A stretch of 64,000 bases of DNA from Candidatus Hydrogenedentota bacterium (GCA_963674865.2 CAXXYE010000008.1:352001-416000), one strand, 5' to 3'. Positions 1-11,169 are shown, counted from the first letter of the stretch. The notes: generated by a model not told the origin, from the letters alone. A program made the numbers and translations.

Positions 1-668
1 CCGAGGGATTCCGTTCGGTTGTGCTCGGCACTCAGGTGGCGCAGCGCAACTCGCAGGACGGCATCAGTCTTGTGCAGACGGCGGAAGGCGCGCTGAGCGA
101 GACCACGAACATCCTGCAGCGCATTCGCGAGCTTGCCGTCCAGGCCGCCAACGGCACTCAGAGCAGTCAGAACCGGGCCGCCTTGGACGCAGAGGTCAAG
201 CAGCTTCTCGACCAGCTCGACGACATTGCGCTCGACACGGAGTTCAACGGACTTCGCGTTCTTAGCGCATCGCAAACCGTCACGCTGCAGGCGGGCGCCC
301 AGCCCAACCAGACGCTCGTGATCTCGGTGGCGGGGGCGAAGACGGACGACCTGAAGGTCAGCCCCATCACGGTATCCAGCATTGCGAGTGCGGTATCGGC
401 GCTGAGTCAGGTGGACACGGCCTTGAAGAGCGTTACCACGCTTCGGAGCACCCTGGGTGCCTTCCAGAACCGCCTCGAGTTCACCATCAATACGCTGGCG
501 ATCCAGGAAGAGAACTCGTCGTCTTCCGAGAGCGTTATCCGCGATGCCGATATCGCGCGCGAGACGATTCGATTCACGCGTAATCAGATTCTGGTGAGCG
601 CAGGCACTAGCGTGCTGGCCCAGGCCAACATCGTTCCGCAGACGGCACTTCAGCTCCTGGGCGGCTAA
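1..668 (+). CDS. fliC: Flagellin, 5'-truncated by the window edge
   Basis: N-terminal helix motif (QRNSQDGISLVQTAEGALSETTNILQRIRELAVQAANGT) and C-terminal motif (RSTLGAFQNRLE...IRDADIARE...QILVSAGTSVLAQAN). The frame is open upstream of 21. Confidence 0.95.
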   Translation, partial: EGFRSVVLGTQVAQRNSQDGISLVQTAEGALSETTNILQRIRELAVQAANGTQSSQNRAALDAEVKQLLDQLDDIALDTEFNGLRVLSASQTVTLQAGAQPNQTLVISVAGAKTDDLKVSPITVSSIASAVSALSQVDTALKSVTTLRSTLGAFQNRLEFTINTLAIQEENSSSSESVIRDADIARETIRFTRNQILVSAGTSVLAQANIVPQTALQLLGG

Positions 669-918
669 CCGCCCCGGGTTCGCGGCCCACCGGCATGAGG
701 TGACTGCGGCGACGGCGTCAATCGCTCACGAGAAGTTCCTCCGGTATCGATAGTGATTCATCCGGAGAGCGTATATGGTAGATAGACTGCCAAACACGCT
801 CTCCGGTTCTCTTTTTCTCGCGGCTCGGGGCCGAAGTTGCTTGACGCGGCCGGCCCAATCTGGTAGCAAGAGGGCTGTTGCGTGAGTGTGAGGTGCAAGA
901 GGGCTGGAGGAGAGAGCG

Positions 919-1647
919 ATGCGATGGTGCAATGGATGGGTTCTTATCGGTATTGCCGTGCTCGTGCTTGCCGTCAGCGGCTGCACGACGGTTGGCGGGG
1001 GCATGGCACGCCCGCCGAAGACGCTTAACGGATTGCCCTTGGTATTCCACGAGGAATTCGAGGACGGAGTCGAAGGCTGGGTGATGAGCGATCCCGGCGC
1101 GTGGCAAACGGTGGTCGAAGACGGAAACACGGTACTCTCGCTTTTCCAGAAGAGCGATTACGGCCCGCCCTTCCGCTCCCCGCATTCCGTGGCCTTGATA
1201 GACAACTTCGAAGTGTCGGACTTTGTGCTCGAGGCGCGACTGAAGCAGACGGGGCGTGACTACGGCCACCGCGATATGTGCATCTTCCTCGGCTTCAACA
1301 ACCCTTCCCACTATTACTATGTTCATATCGCCACGAAGGCGGATCCGCACGCCAATTCGATCTTCCTGGTAGACGGCGCGGCGCGCGTTTCCATCGCCAA
1401 GGAGCGTACCGACGGTACCGATTGGGGCCGGGAGATGTATCACACGGTGCGCATCGAGCGCGATACGTCGACGGGCCGCATCGCCGTGTACTTCGACGAC
1501 ATGACGACGCCGATCATGGTGGCGGAAGACAAGACCTTTCTCACGGGAGGCATCGGCTTTGGCTCATTTGACGACACGGGCCAGGTCGATGACGTGGTCA
1601 TTTACGGAAAGGCCGTGGCCAATCCCTCGCATTGGTCCTTCGACTAG
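919..1647 (+). CDS. Lipoprotein with a concanavalin/beta-jelly-roll (DUF1080-like) domain
   Basis: Lipobox VSGC after a hydrophobic stretch; DFVLEARLKQTG and GGIGFGSFDD motifs; GGAGG RBS upstream. Confidence 0.6.
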   Translation: MRWCNGWVLIGIAVLVLAVSGCTTVGGGMARPPKTLNGLPLVFHEEFEDGVEGWVMSDPGAWQTVVEDGNTVLSLFQKSDYGPPFRSPHSVALIDNFEVSDFVLEARLKQTGRDYGHRDMCIFLGFNNPSHYYYVHIATKADPHANSIFLVDGAARVSIAKERTDGTDWGREMYHTVRIERDTSTGRIAVYFDDMTTPIMVAEDKTFLTGGIGFGSFDDTGQVDDVVIYGKAVANPSHWSFD

Positions 1648-1691
1648 ACGCCTCCATGGGCCGGAGCCGGCGCCCCGGCCAATGTGACAAA

Positions 1692-3272
1692 CTAGTTGAC
1701 GGCGTCGTGGTTCGCGGCCACTTCGGCGGCCGGGACTTCTTCTCCCAGCGACAGGGCCTTCTCCGCAGCGGCCAAGTCGCTTGCCAGTAAGCGGACATGC
1801 TGCGTGTTGTTCCCGGCGATTTCGAGATACACCTTTGTGCCTTCCTCGGCGACGCACCCTCGCAGGAGCGCCCGCCGCACATTGACGAAGTGGACGGCGG
1901 CCGTCGCGTCTTTGGCGGGGCTTGCGTGCAGGCCGTCGATATCCAAGCGACTCACGTCATCGCATACGACTGCATAGGCTACATTTCCCCGCGCCGTGGG
2001 CTCCGGGATCCCACCGTCAGGGGGCCATTTCACCTCCTTCTTGTCTGAGCAAGTGAACCGCCAGAAATCGTCCTCGAAGGAAAGGGCGATGTTGGACAGC
2101 GCCAGCCCGTTCGCGTGGCGGCAGTACAGGCCGTAGGCCGGAAGGCCTCCGAACATCATTGGATCGGGATACTCGTCAAGGGATTCAGGAACGGGTTCGT
2201 CGATGGGTCGATAGACACCGCCGCCCCGATAGGCGACACGGATGCCGGCCAAGGTGACGCCCATGACGTTATGGCCCGGGATGCCCGCGATAATGCATGG
2301 CAGGGAAGCGCCGGTGGCCACGACGTTGCTGATGACGACATTCTTGAGTTCTCCCGGCACGGGCGTGTCCATGTCGCGTCCCCGATTCCCGAGCCGAAGG
2401 AAGATGGGGCAGCGCACGTCGCGCATCGTGACGTTCGACACCACGACTCCGTCGAGTTCCGCACCATCGACTGTCTCGAGAGCGATGCCGCTTTGGGCCG
2501 GCCGCAGGCCTTCGAGCACGCCCATGACGCAGTTGGTTACGGCGATGTGCTTGAAGCCGCCGCCTGATTCCGTTCCGAGCTTGAAGCAGTTGCAGCCCGT
2601 GGCGAGGTAGCAGTTGCTGACGCTCAGGTTTTCGGTTGCGCGGAGTTTCCCGAGCGCAAGACTGGCTTTGGGCACAATGGCATCGTCCCAGGACTCGATA
2701 TGACAATTAGCGATGCGGACGTTCTTGCATGAGTCCGGGTCGATGCCGTCGGAATAGGCGTTGAGGATCGTGACGCCATCGATATTGACGTGGTCGGCGG
2801 CGAGGAGACTGATGGCGTAGTTGGGGGCATTGACGATACGGATCCCCTTGATGCTCACGTACCGGCAGCACTTCAGTGCGATGGGTTTGGGCCCGCCCCG
2901 GCGCTTGCGGTTGCCGTCGATGACGCCTTCGCCGATGATGTTTACATTCTCGACGTTCTCGCCCCAAATGAGAGAGTGATGAAAGAAGGAGGTTTCCCCG
3001 TCGGCGTCGTTCTTGAAGGCAAGTTCCTCAGGCGGGTCGTAGTCCGCGTCGTCGGCGCTGCCCTTGAGAACCGTCCCCGCGCCAAGCCAGAGTGTTATGC
3101 GGTCGCGCAGATGCAGGCTGCCCGTGATATACTTGCCTGCCGGGAACACAACGGTCCCCCCGCCTTCCTCGGCGCATGCGTCTATAGCCCGCTGGAGGGC
3201 CGGCGTGTCCAGTGTCTTGCCGTCGCCCATGGCGCCGAATCGACGCACATCGTACAAAGCTTGTGTGTCCAT
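1692..3272 (-). CDS. Glycoside hydrolase family 28 (polygalacturonase-like)
   Basis: FGAMGDGKTLDT-ALQRAID N-terminus, DGIDPDSC, DDAI and CFKLGTES motifs. Start trimmed to MDTQ (ATG at 3272). Confidence 0.85.
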   Translation of the reverse strand: MDTQALYDVRRFGAMGDGKTLDTPALQRAIDACAEEGGGTVVFPAGKYITGSLHLRDRITLWLGAGTVLKGSADDADYDPPEELAFKNDADGETSFFHHSLIWGENVENVNIIGEGVIDGNRKRRGGPKPIALKCCRYVSIKGIRIVNAPNYAISLLAADHVNIDGVTILNAYSDGIDPDSCKNVRIANCHIESWDDAIVPKASLALGKLRATENLSVSNCYLATGCNCFKLGTESGGGFKHIAVTNCVMGVLEGLRPAQSGIALETVDGAELDGVVVSNVTMRDVRCPIFLRLGNRGRDMDTPVPGELKNVVISNVVATGASLPCIIAGIPGHNVMGVTLAGIRVAYRGGGVYRPIDEPVPESLDEYPDPMMFGGLPAYGLYCRHANGLALSNIALSFEDDFWRFTCSDKKEVKWPPDGGIPEPTARGNVAYAVVCDDVSRLDIDGLHASPAKDATAAVHFVNVRRALLRGCVAEEGTKVYLEIAGNNTQHVRLLASDLAAAEKALSLGEEVPAAEVAANHDAVN

Positions 3273-3483
3273 CAGATCGATTCTCTCCCCTCGCGGTGAA
3301 TCTCTTTTCCCCAAACGGCCCGTATCGTAAAGCCCTCCCGCCGCGATTACAAGACCCCGGCGCGGGGCTCGGGAAGTAGGTGCGGCGAGAAGAACACCCG
3401 CCCCATTTTTGACTTCTTTCTGCGCGATCTGGCAGATTACGGACATGGGCCGCAGGCAGAAATAAGACGGCGAGACTTACCAA

Positions 3484-5025
3484 GTGCAACGCAGTGGAGA
3501 CGCTCATCCGGGTTCGCCCGCGGCCTCAGCACGTGGCAACGTTGTCTTTGTGCGTGTGCCTCCCTTCGCGGGTTTCTCCCGGCATCACCCTCGTGAACCG
3601 GCCATCCCGTTCGTGTTCGCCTACACGGCCACGCTGGCCAAGAAAGCTGGTTGGCATGTGGCCGTCGTCGATGCGTGGGCCTTGGGCCTGACGCTCGAGG
3701 AATGCCTCGATGGCATAGCCGGGCATTCGCCGGATACGGTTTTCTTCGTCACCAACGCCCCCGAACTGCCCGTGGTGCTCGAGTTGGCCCGCCGCGTCAA
3801 ACAGCGATGCGCCGCGCGGGTCGTATCACTGGGCTCGGTACCGACGTTCATCCCGGAGCGGATTATCGGGCCGGGGCTTCCCGTTGACGTAGGCATTGTG
3901 GGTGAGACGGATTTGACGGCGGTGGCGTTGCTCGACGCCCTCGAAGCGGATGCGCCTCTGGAGCAGGTCGAAGGGATCGTTCACTGGGATGAGGCCAAGG
4001 AGGCCCTGAACCGCACGGAGACGCGTCCGCTGATCGACGACTTGGACAGTCTGCCGCCGCTGGACTACAGCCTTTTCGATCTTCGGCATTACTACATGTA
4101 TTCCGTGCCGGTTGCCGTCTGGGGCGGCACGCGGTGGGGATACGTCTTGACGAGCCGCGGCTGCCCGTTCGCGTGCTCCCACTGCAATTTCGACCACCGG
4201 AAGACGTTCGGCAAGAAGTACCGCATGGCCAGCGCGGCGCGGGTGGTGGACGAGATGGAAGGGCAGGTGCGCGACTACGGCGTCAACGTGATCTCTATCG
4301 AGGACGATTGCTTCTCGCTCAAGCGGCAGCACGTGCTGGATGTGTGCGACGAGATCGAACGCCGCGGGCTGCGGCTGAAATGGGTCATCGAGACTCGTGT
4401 GGACTTGTTCGACGCGGAATTGCTTCGGCGTATGAAGGCGGCGGGCTGCCAAGGCCTGACGATGGGGATCGAGTCGGGCAGCGACCGCGTGCTGAAGACG
4501 CTCAAGAAGGGCTTCACGCGCGAACAGGCGGAGGACGGCATCCGGCTCGCGCGGCAAGCGGGGATGGCGGTGCGCTTGCTCTTCATGATCGGAAATCCCG
4601 GCGAGACGGAGGAAGACGTCGCGCAGACGCTCGACCTGGCGCTGCGATCCGGCGCCGTCACGGTGGAGTTTCATCTCTGTACGCCGTTTCCCGGGACATC
4701 CATGCTCGGTGAGGCCGAGAACGACGGGAAGTACATCGAGGATTTCTCCCCTTTCGACACGATTGTGCACAACATGAGCGCGATTCCCGACGAGCGCCTG
4801 TGGTCCTTGCAGCGCTCTTTGTATTTCCGGTACTACTTCTCGCTGCGTTTCTTCATGATCTTCATGCGGCAGCGGCTGCTTCCGTTGATCACCAACGTTC
4901 GGCGCGAAGTGCTACTCATTTTCAATACCTTGCTCTATCTGACGTCGCACTCACGCCGTCCCGGCGACCGCGCCGTGGCGAATGCGTCGGAAGAGGCGCC
5001 TCCCGCCGGCAAGCGGCCCGGGTGA
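3484..5025 (+). CDS. B12-binding-domain radical SAM protein
   Basis: TSRGCPFACSHC (CxxxCxxC), GIESGS, FMIGNPGET and TPFPGT motifs; N-terminal B12-binding-like region. Start uncertain. Confidence 0.85.
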   Translation: MQRSGDAHPGSPAASARGNVVFVRVPPFAGFSRHHPREPAIPFVFAYTATLAKKAGWHVAVVDAWALGLTLEECLDGIAGHSPDTVFFVTNAPELPVVLELARRVKQRCAARVVSLGSVPTFIPERIIGPGLPVDVGIVGETDLTAVALLDALEADAPLEQVEGIVHWDEAKEALNRTETRPLIDDLDSLPPLDYSLFDLRHYYMYSVPVAVWGGTRWGYVLTSRGCPFACSHCNFDHRKTFGKKYRMASAARVVDEMEGQVRDYGVNVISIEDDCFSLKRQHVLDVCDEIERRGLRLKWVIETRVDLFDAELLRRMKAAGCQGLTMGIESGSDRVLKTLKKGFTREQAEDGIRLARQAGMAVRLLFMIGNPGETEEDVAQTLDLALRSGAVTVEFHLCTPFPGTSMLGEAENDGKYIEDFSPFDTIVHNMSAIPDERLWSLQRSLYFRYYFSLRFFMIFMRQRLLPLITNVRREVLLIFNTLLYLTSHSRRPGDRAVANASEEAPPAGKRPG

Positions 5026-5032
5026 TCCATTG

Positions 5033-6250
5033 ATGGCTACCGCGCGACAACGAATTCGCCTGCCCCGCGCCATGTGGCGCCGCGCCCTGGCCGGCCTCTT
5101 GCGGGGGCGTATCTGGGACGGGCCGGAGATCGAGGCATTTGAGAAGGCCTTCGCGGAGTTTGTCGGCGTTTCTCATGCCATCACCGTTCCCTCGGGCCGG
5201 GCCGGGCTCAAGTTCATTCTCGATGGACTCGAACTGCCGCCAGGGGGCGAGGTCATCGTCCCGGCGTTCACTTATCCTATTGTGCCGGCCGTCGTGAAGG
5301 CGGCGGGTTGCACGCTGCGATTCGCGGATTGCGAGATGACGGCTCTGGGCATCGATCCGGAGGCCCTGGCGGCGCGCGTGTCCCCGGCCACGAAGGTAAT
5401 TCTCGCCACGCACCTTTACGGCGTGCCTTGCAGAATAGGGGAAATCCAGGAGATTGCCCGCGGCTGCGGCGCCATCGTCATCGAAGACTGCGCGCATGCT
5501 TGCGGCGCGCGCGTGGGCCAACAGCGAACCGGCGCGATCGGGCGGGCCGCTTACTTCAGCTTCGAGACGTCAAAGTGCATCAACACGCTGGGCGGGGGGA
5601 TGATCACAACGATGGACGCGGCCTTGGCCGAGCGCATCCGTGCTATCCGCGCGCGTGAGCAGCGCCAAGGCGCAGCGTGGCTGCTCAAGCGGCTTATGAC
5701 AACTTCCTTCGAGGCCCTGGCCACCTCGCCCTCGCTCTTCAATCTGGCCGTCTATCCTGCCCTCCGTCTTGTCGCCCTGAAAGGTGGGGCCGACGATGCC
5801 GTTGCGACGGCGTATGTGGGCGACGAGGACACGGTTGTCGCGCCTCGCATGGGGTGCTATACGAACTATCAGGCCGCGTTGGGACTGGAGCAGTTGGGGG
5901 CGCTCGGCGCGCGAAACGAGCGGCGCAAGGCCAATGCCACGCGCCTGATGGACGCCCTGCACGACACGGTGGCGTTTCAACGCGCAGCGGGGCCGGATGA
6001 TGAATCGAACTACATGCTTGTGACTGCGCTGTTCCCGGATATGGAGGCCATGGCGCTGCAGCTTCTGAAGCTCGGAGTCGACACGAAGCGCCGGTACATT
6101 CGCGATTGCAGCCGGCTGTTCGATACGGGCGAGCATTTCCCCAATGCTGCAAGGGCTGAACGCGAGGCCCTCCATCTGCCTGCCTACCCGGAACTTAGCC
6201 TCGCGGCAATCGATCACGTCGCCGCCAAAGTCCGGCAAGCTACGCGCTGA
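5033..6250 (+). CDS. DegT/DnrJ/EryC1/StrS family PLP aminotransferase
   Basis: FEKAFAEFVG, EVIVPAFTY, HLYG, IEDCAHA, FSFETSK (PLP lysine) and LHLPAYP motifs. Starts 8 bp after the radical SAM stop. Confidence 0.9.
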   Translation: MATARQRIRLPRAMWRRALAGLLRGRIWDGPEIEAFEKAFAEFVGVSHAITVPSGRAGLKFILDGLELPPGGEVIVPAFTYPIVPAVVKAAGCTLRFADCEMTALGIDPEALAARVSPATKVILATHLYGVPCRIGEIQEIARGCGAIVIEDCAHACGARVGQQRTGAIGRAAYFSFETSKCINTLGGGMITTMDAALAERIRAIRAREQRQGAAWLLKRLMTTSFEALATSPSLFNLAVYPALRLVALKGGADDAVATAYVGDEDTVVAPRMGCYTNYQAALGLEQLGALGARNERRKANATRLMDALHDTVAFQRAAGPDDESNYMLVTALFPDMEAMALQLLKLGVDTKRRYIRDCSRLFDTGEHFPNAARAEREALHLPAYPELSLAAIDHVAAKVRQATR

Positions 6251-6626
6251 CGCCCGTGTCCTTTGGCCAATCGCCGATGATCTTCAGTAACTTCGAAATG
6301 TAGGCGCATTCGCACGGCTCGTCGCATCGCCTAAGTTCGCCCTTGAACAGGCAATACTCGGGCCGGGCGCCTATGCAGGTTGGCGGCGTGACGAATATGG
6401 GGCCGTCGCACATCCCATTGAAACGGTGCACTTTAAGTGCCATGGTCGTGCCGCATTCGCGGTGGCAGAATAAGAATAAACCTGTCTCCAGGCGCTCGAA
6501 GTGTGTCTGATAGCCGACCGAGAGAACGGCGGGATCACTCAAGAATGAGTCCCGTGTGGTCCATGTGCGGCCACAGAATGGACAGCATTTGAAGACTTCT
6601 TGTTCCGGTTCCGAAGGCCGACTCAC
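6240..6626 (-). CDS. Small Cys-rich hypothetical protein
   Basis: FKCCPFCG...GLFLFCHRECGTTMA...YCL...CDEPCECAY. Fills the gap downstream of hslV on the same strand. Confidence 0.6.
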   Translation of the reverse strand: MSRPSEPEQEVFKCCPFCGRTWTTRDSFLSDPAVLSVGYQTHFERLETGLFLFCHRECGTTMALKVHRFNGMCDGPIFVTPPTCIGARPEYCLFKGELRRCDEPCECAYISKLLKIIGDWPKDTGVSA

Positions 6627-6715
6627 TGAGTTGATACTCCGCTTTCATATTGGATTCATGCTCTTGTCTTGGGGCTGTCCGAGTACATCCTGGATGGTGG
6701 GAGCATTCCCGCTGC

Positions 6716-7264
6716 CTATCGCGGGGAGCCGTTGAGCGACTCAACGATGATGTTGGTATTGGTGTAAACACAAATGCCGGCGGCCACGGTGAGCGCCTCG
6801 CGGACAATCCCCTCGGCATCGAGCGAGGAATGGGCCATCAGGGCGCGGGCCGCGGCGAGGGCGTAGGGGCCGCCGGAGCCGATGGCAAGGATACCGTCGT
6901 CGGGCTCGATGATTTCCCCGCTGCCTGCGATGAGGAGGGATTTCTCGGCGTCGCTTACAGCAAGCAGCGCCTCTAGTTGGCGCAGAAACTTGTCGGTGCG
7001 CCAGTCCTTTCCCAGTTCCACGGCGGCGCGGGTGAGGTTGTTGTTGAATTCCTTGAGTTTGGCCTCAAAGCGCTCAAAAAGGGTGAAGGCGTCGGCCACG
7101 GCGCCGGCAAATCCGGCCAGGACGCGATCATCGGCCAGGCGGCGTATCTTCGTCGCACGATCTTTCATAATGGTCGCGCCGAGGGTGACTTGGCCGTCGC
7201 CGCCGAGAGCGACTTGGCCGTCCTTGCGGACGCCCACGACGGTGGTTGCGTGAAACTTCTCCAT
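6716..7264 (-). CDS. hslV: ATP-dependent protease subunit HslV
   Basis: HATTVVGV propeptide with catalytic Thr; [21 protein letters not shown] and ICVYTN motifs; AGGAGG RBS. Confidence 0.95.
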   Translation of the reverse strand: MEKFHATTVVGVRKDGQVALGGDGQVTLGATIMKDRATKIRRLADDRVLAGFAGAVADAFTLFERFEAKLKEFNNNLTRAAVELGKDWRTDKFLRQLEALLAVSDAEKSLLIAGSGEIIEPDDGILAIGSGGPYALAAARALMAHSSLDAEGIVREALTVAAGICVYTNTNIIVESLNGSPR

Positions 7265-7367
7265 GAGGGAGTCCTCCTGGCTAAGTTCTAACACATGTTC
7301 CCCCCCGCGGCAAGTGAGCGAAGGCCGTGTTGCCCTCCAAGGGGCTTGGCCGATACAATCTGCGGCC

Positions 7368-8492
7368 ATGGTGCACATTTGTTCTTGGCTTATTGTCGGC
7401 TACCGTCTGATCAAGTACGTCCTCTATCGCCTCGGGCTGCTCAAGTGCCCGAACTTCATGGAAGTCTACTACCACTGCATGACCATCGTTGGGGACATGC
7501 TCCAGTGGTATAAGAAACTCGCCGTGATTGGGCCTGAGAACTGCCCCAAAACGGGCCCGGCGATATTCGCGGGGAATCACGCCAAGCTGGACGATCCGTT
7601 CTACCTGTTTCGGGCCATCTACCTGGCAAGCGATGGCAACATCTTTCCCCGGGCGATGATGCGGGATGATTTCTTCAGCGCCCGCGCCAAGTCGCGTTTG
7701 CTCGATCCCGACGAGATACTGAGGCTCGTCGGCGCCGTCCAATTCAACCGGGAAAATGTGCGCGTGTCGCAATTGCGGCCGTTCCTGGGCCTTCTGCGCG
7801 AGGGGAAGTGTTTCATGATGTATCCCGGGCGCACGCGCAGCCGAAGCGGTCTGTTCATGGAGTATCGCGAAGGCATTGACGAGCCCGGCAGCGTGGCGTT
7901 CTTCCTTGCCCTGGTGGGGCGGGGCCAGGACGCGGTTCAGGTGCCAGCGGTTCCCGCGACGCGGACGTACAACCCGGTTACGCGGCGCTCCACCCTTGTT
8001 TTCGGCAAGCCGCTGTATGCCGATCCCGGAGCCAAGCGCGCCGAGCAACGACTGCTCGATTTCCGCCTGTATGAGGCCATGAGCGACTTGGTTGAGATGA
8101 CGGTTCCCCATCTGGTGAGTGCGCTGCTCTACGTGCGGTGTCTGCACCACTTGCCGCAGACGCTCGAAGTGCGGGCGCTCGAGGCCGCCGTGGCGCAGGT
8201 TCTCGAGGCCGTGCAGCACCGTCCCATCGAGCCGGAGGCGCTGGCCAATCTTCCGAAGGCCGTCAAGAAGACTTTGAAGTACCTGCGCAAGCAGGGCGTG
8301 TTGCAGCTCCATCAGAGCACGATCGAGCTGGACACAGCGGCCATCCTTTCATGTCCGCCCCTCGACAAGTCCTACGGGGAACTCAATCCTGTCAAATACC
8401 TGACGAACCAGATCCTGCACCTACTCGACGTCATGGCGGCCGTTGAGCAGGCCGCGCTGGCCATGGAGAAAAGCGAGGCGGCCTCTTCGTAG
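7368..8492 (+). CDS. Lysophospholipid/glycerol-phosphate acyltransferase (PlsC-like)
   Basis: [10 protein letters not shown] (HxxxxD) and YPGRTRS motifs. Confidence 0.8.
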   Translation: MVHICSWLIVGYRLIKYVLYRLGLLKCPNFMEVYYHCMTIVGDMLQWYKKLAVIGPENCPKTGPAIFAGNHAKLDDPFYLFRAIYLASDGNIFPRAMMRDDFFSARAKSRLLDPDEILRLVGAVQFNRENVRVSQLRPFLGLLREGKCFMMYPGRTRSRSGLFMEYREGIDEPGSVAFFLALVGRGQDAVQVPAVPATRTYNPVTRRSTLVFGKPLYADPGAKRAEQRLLDFRLYEAMSDLVEMTVPHLVSALLYVRCLHHLPQTLEVRALEAAVAQVLEAVQHRPIEPEALANLPKAVKKTLKYLRKQGVLQLHQSTIELDTAAILSCPPLDKSYGELNPVKYLTNQILHLLDVMAAVEQAALAMEKSEAASS

Positions 8493-8511
8493 GTGGCTTG
8501 CTCGATGGGCG

Positions 8512-9675
8512 TCAGGGCGGGGGACTTTTCTGGGCGAAGACCTTGTCGAAGTTTGTCTCGTAGATCTTCCGGAGCACCTCGTCGCTGAGGGCGAGTCCGT
8601 GGAGGATGCCGTACGTGTTCTGGGCGGGGGCATAAGCGTAGGGGGAGCCGCGCGCGGCGAAGGAGAAGACGTAGGTGTCCTTCTCTAGCATGTTGCGGCA
8701 CGCCAGGATGACGGCCTCTATCCACGCCGAGGTCTTCTCGCTGTTACCCGTCACCACCATGTCGGTTCCGAAGAGAATGCGGTCGCTGTACCTATCGCAG
8801 AACGCGCGAAAGACGTCCCGGTACTCGCTCACCATCTCAAGGCCATGAACCAGGATCGAGCGCGTGCCCAGACTTGTGTCGGTGTATAGGTTCGGATAGG
8901 CGTCCAGTAGCTTCTCGAGGCGATGGAAGGGCTTTCCCGTCGGCCTGTAGAAGGCGACGCCGAAATGGGGGATGATCACCGTGAGTCCGGGAAAACGCGC
9001 CATGACGCGCTCGAACTCGTTGGCATAGCGCATCAGATTGACGTGCCAGCAGATGGGGAGGCCCGTCTCCTGGCAGTACGCATAGATGGGCAGCATCTCT
9101 AACGCGTCCAGGGGGCGATCATGGAAGCTGCCGTGCCCGGTGTATAGCTTGAGGCCCACCGCGCCCTCGGCCGCGTACTTCTTGACCTTGTCCAGGGCGG
9201 CCGGGTCGCCGGGATGGATGGTGCAGAAGGGCGTCACCCGCCCGGGGAAGGCGCGTGCGATGCGCAGGACTTCCTCCGAACTCCAGTCAGTCATCTCATC
9301 CGGGGCATGCCCTTGCCCGAGCAAGGTGAAGGCCGAACTCGCGACGAAAAGCGTCTTGACAATGCCGGTCTTCTCGGCCGCGGCGAAGTAGTTGTCGAGA
9401 TGAGACTTCTTGTAGACGTGCTCATGGGCATTGACGACGGCGAAATCCCGCAGCGGCGACGTCTGGATGCTGCCGTGCTCGGCCGCGTGGGGGAGGGGCC
9501 CCGGCTTCTGTCTGGTACGGCGGCCCAGTGCGGCCAATGTGACGAAATTCATCACGAGAAGGCCCGCCACCAGTGCCCAGAGAATGGTTCGGGCCGGATC
9601 GCGCGGTGCGCCCGAGGCGGGGGCCGCGTGCGTCTGAACGGGAGTCTCGCCGGATTTCTTCTTGCGTTTTGACAT
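8512..9675 (-). CDS. Membrane-anchored amidohydrolase (Amidohydro_2-like)
   Basis: N-terminal TM helix; NAHEH, GLKLY, IIPHFG, YTDTS and ILFGTD motifs. Confidence 0.8.
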   Translation of the reverse strand: MSKRKKKSGETPVQTHAAPASGAPRDPARTILWALVAGLLVMNFVTLAALGRRTRQKPGPLPHAAEHGSIQTSPLRDFAVVNAHEHVYKKSHLDNYFAAAEKTGIVKTLFVASSAFTLLGQGHAPDEMTDWSSEEVLRIARAFPGRVTPFCTIHPGDPAALDKVKKYAAEGAVGLKLYTGHGSFHDRPLDALEMLPIYAYCQETGLPICWHVNLMRYANEFERVMARFPGLTVIIPHFGVAFYRPTGKPFHRLEKLLDAYPNLYTDTSLGTRSILVHGLEMVSEYRDVFRAFCDRYSDRILFGTDMVVTGNSEKTSAWIEAVILACRNMLEKDTYVFSFAARGSPYAYAPAQNTYGILHGLALSDEVLRKIYETNFDKVFAQKSPPP

Positions 9676-9979
9676 GGCCTGCCTGGAGCCGCCGGGATGA
9701 AGGCCCGTGGCCACAGACGGCTCCGCCCCAACTATAATCAGCGGGGCCACGGCGTGCAAAAGCGCGAAATGCTCGCGGCGGGCCTGTCATTCCCAGCCGG
9801 CGCCTTGTCCGTTTGTCCGCAATCGCCGGCCAACTCCGCGGCGCCGCGCACACGGCCCTTGAATGACGCTACCGGGGTTCGTTGCACGAGGGCCCGTAAC
9901 GTGCTACTATTCCCGCTAATCCTGCGCCATGTACGATTGGCCGTGGGTGTTTTTTGTGCCGATTTAGGGAGAGTTAAGC

Positions 9980-11059
9980 ATGGCTAGTTACAAGATTGCG
10001 CTGATGCCGGGTGACGGAACGGGGCCGGAAGTACTCCGGGAAGGAGTGAAGGTCGTTCAGGCCGCCGCGGAGCGCTTTGGATTCAAGCTCGAGACAACCG
10101 AGTACGATTTTGGGGGCGATCGCTATCTTGCGACGGGCGAGGTGCTGCCCGACTCCGGTATTGAGGAGTTGAGAGGCTACGATTCCATCTACCTCGGCGC
10201 TATCGGCCATCCGGACGTCAAGCCCGGCATCCTCGAGAAGGGCATTCTCCTGAGAGTGCGCTTCGAGCTTGATCAGTACATTAACCTTCGGCCCGTGAAG
10301 CTCTATCCGTGCGTCGAGACGCCCGTCAAGGACAAGGGGCCCGAGGAGATCGATTTCGTCGTCGTACGTGAGAACTCCGCCGGACTTTACACCGGCTTTG
10401 GCGGTGTCCAACGGAAGGGCACGCCCTACGAAGTGGCGGTGCAGGAGATGGTATACACGCGCAATGAGGTGGATCGCTGCCTTCGGTACGCGTTCGAGTA
10501 TGCCCGCCAACGCAACAAGGCCAAGACGCTCACGCTCTGCGGCAAGACGAACGTGTTGACGTTTGTCTACGACCTCTGGGAACGCGCGTTCCATGCCATG
10601 GGCGAGAAGGAGTTCCCCGATATCAAGCGCGATTACGCCCACGTGGACGCCACCACTATGTGGATGGTGAAGAATCCGGAATGGTTCGACGTGATCGTCA
10701 CGGGCAATATGTTCGGCGACATCATTACGGATCTCGGTGCCATGGTGCAGGGCGGGATGGGCATCGCCGCGGGCGGCAACATCAATCCCGAAGGCGTCTC
10801 GATGTTCGAGCCCATCGGCGGCAGTGCGCCGAAGTATACCGGGCAAAACGTGATCAATCCGTTGGCGTGCATCTTCGCCGGCCAGATGCTGCTCGAGCAT
10901 CTCGGCGAGCGCGAGGCGGCGTCCTGCATCGAGAAGGCGTGTGTAGCGTTTCTCGAATCAGGCGCGCTGTCGGGCATGTCCGCCAAGCAGATCAAAGAGT
11001 CCGGGATGTCGACCACGAAGATCGGCGACGCCATCGCGGAATACGTCGGCACGGTATAG
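9980..11059 (+). CDS. Isocitrate/isopropylmalate (tartrate) dehydrogenase family protein, LeuB-like paralog 1
   Basis: PGDGTGPEV, INLRP, NMFGDIITDL and FEPIGGSAP motifs. Confidence 0.9.
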   Translation: MASYKIALMPGDGTGPEVLREGVKVVQAAAERFGFKLETTEYDFGGDRYLATGEVLPDSGIEELRGYDSIYLGAIGHPDVKPGILEKGILLRVRFELDQYINLRPVKLYPCVETPVKDKGPEEIDFVVVRENSAGLYTGFGGVQRKGTPYEVAVQEMVYTRNEVDRCLRYAFEYARQRNKAKTLTLCGKTNVLTFVYDLWERAFHAMGEKEFPDIKRDYAHVDATTMWMVKNPEWFDVIVTGNMFGDIITDLGAMVQGGMGIAAGGNINPEGVSMFEPIGGSAPKYTGQNVINPLACIFAGQMLLEHLGEREAASCIEKACVAFLESGALSGMSAKQIKESGMSTTKIGDAIAEYVGTV

Positions 11060-11169
11060 CATTACCGCACGATATCCCGAACACGGCGCCTTTCTTTTGT
11101 CCCCGGCTTAACCGGGGCGCGATGCCGTGCATCTCGCGAGCTTTGCTTCCCGCGTAAGGCAGACATCTT

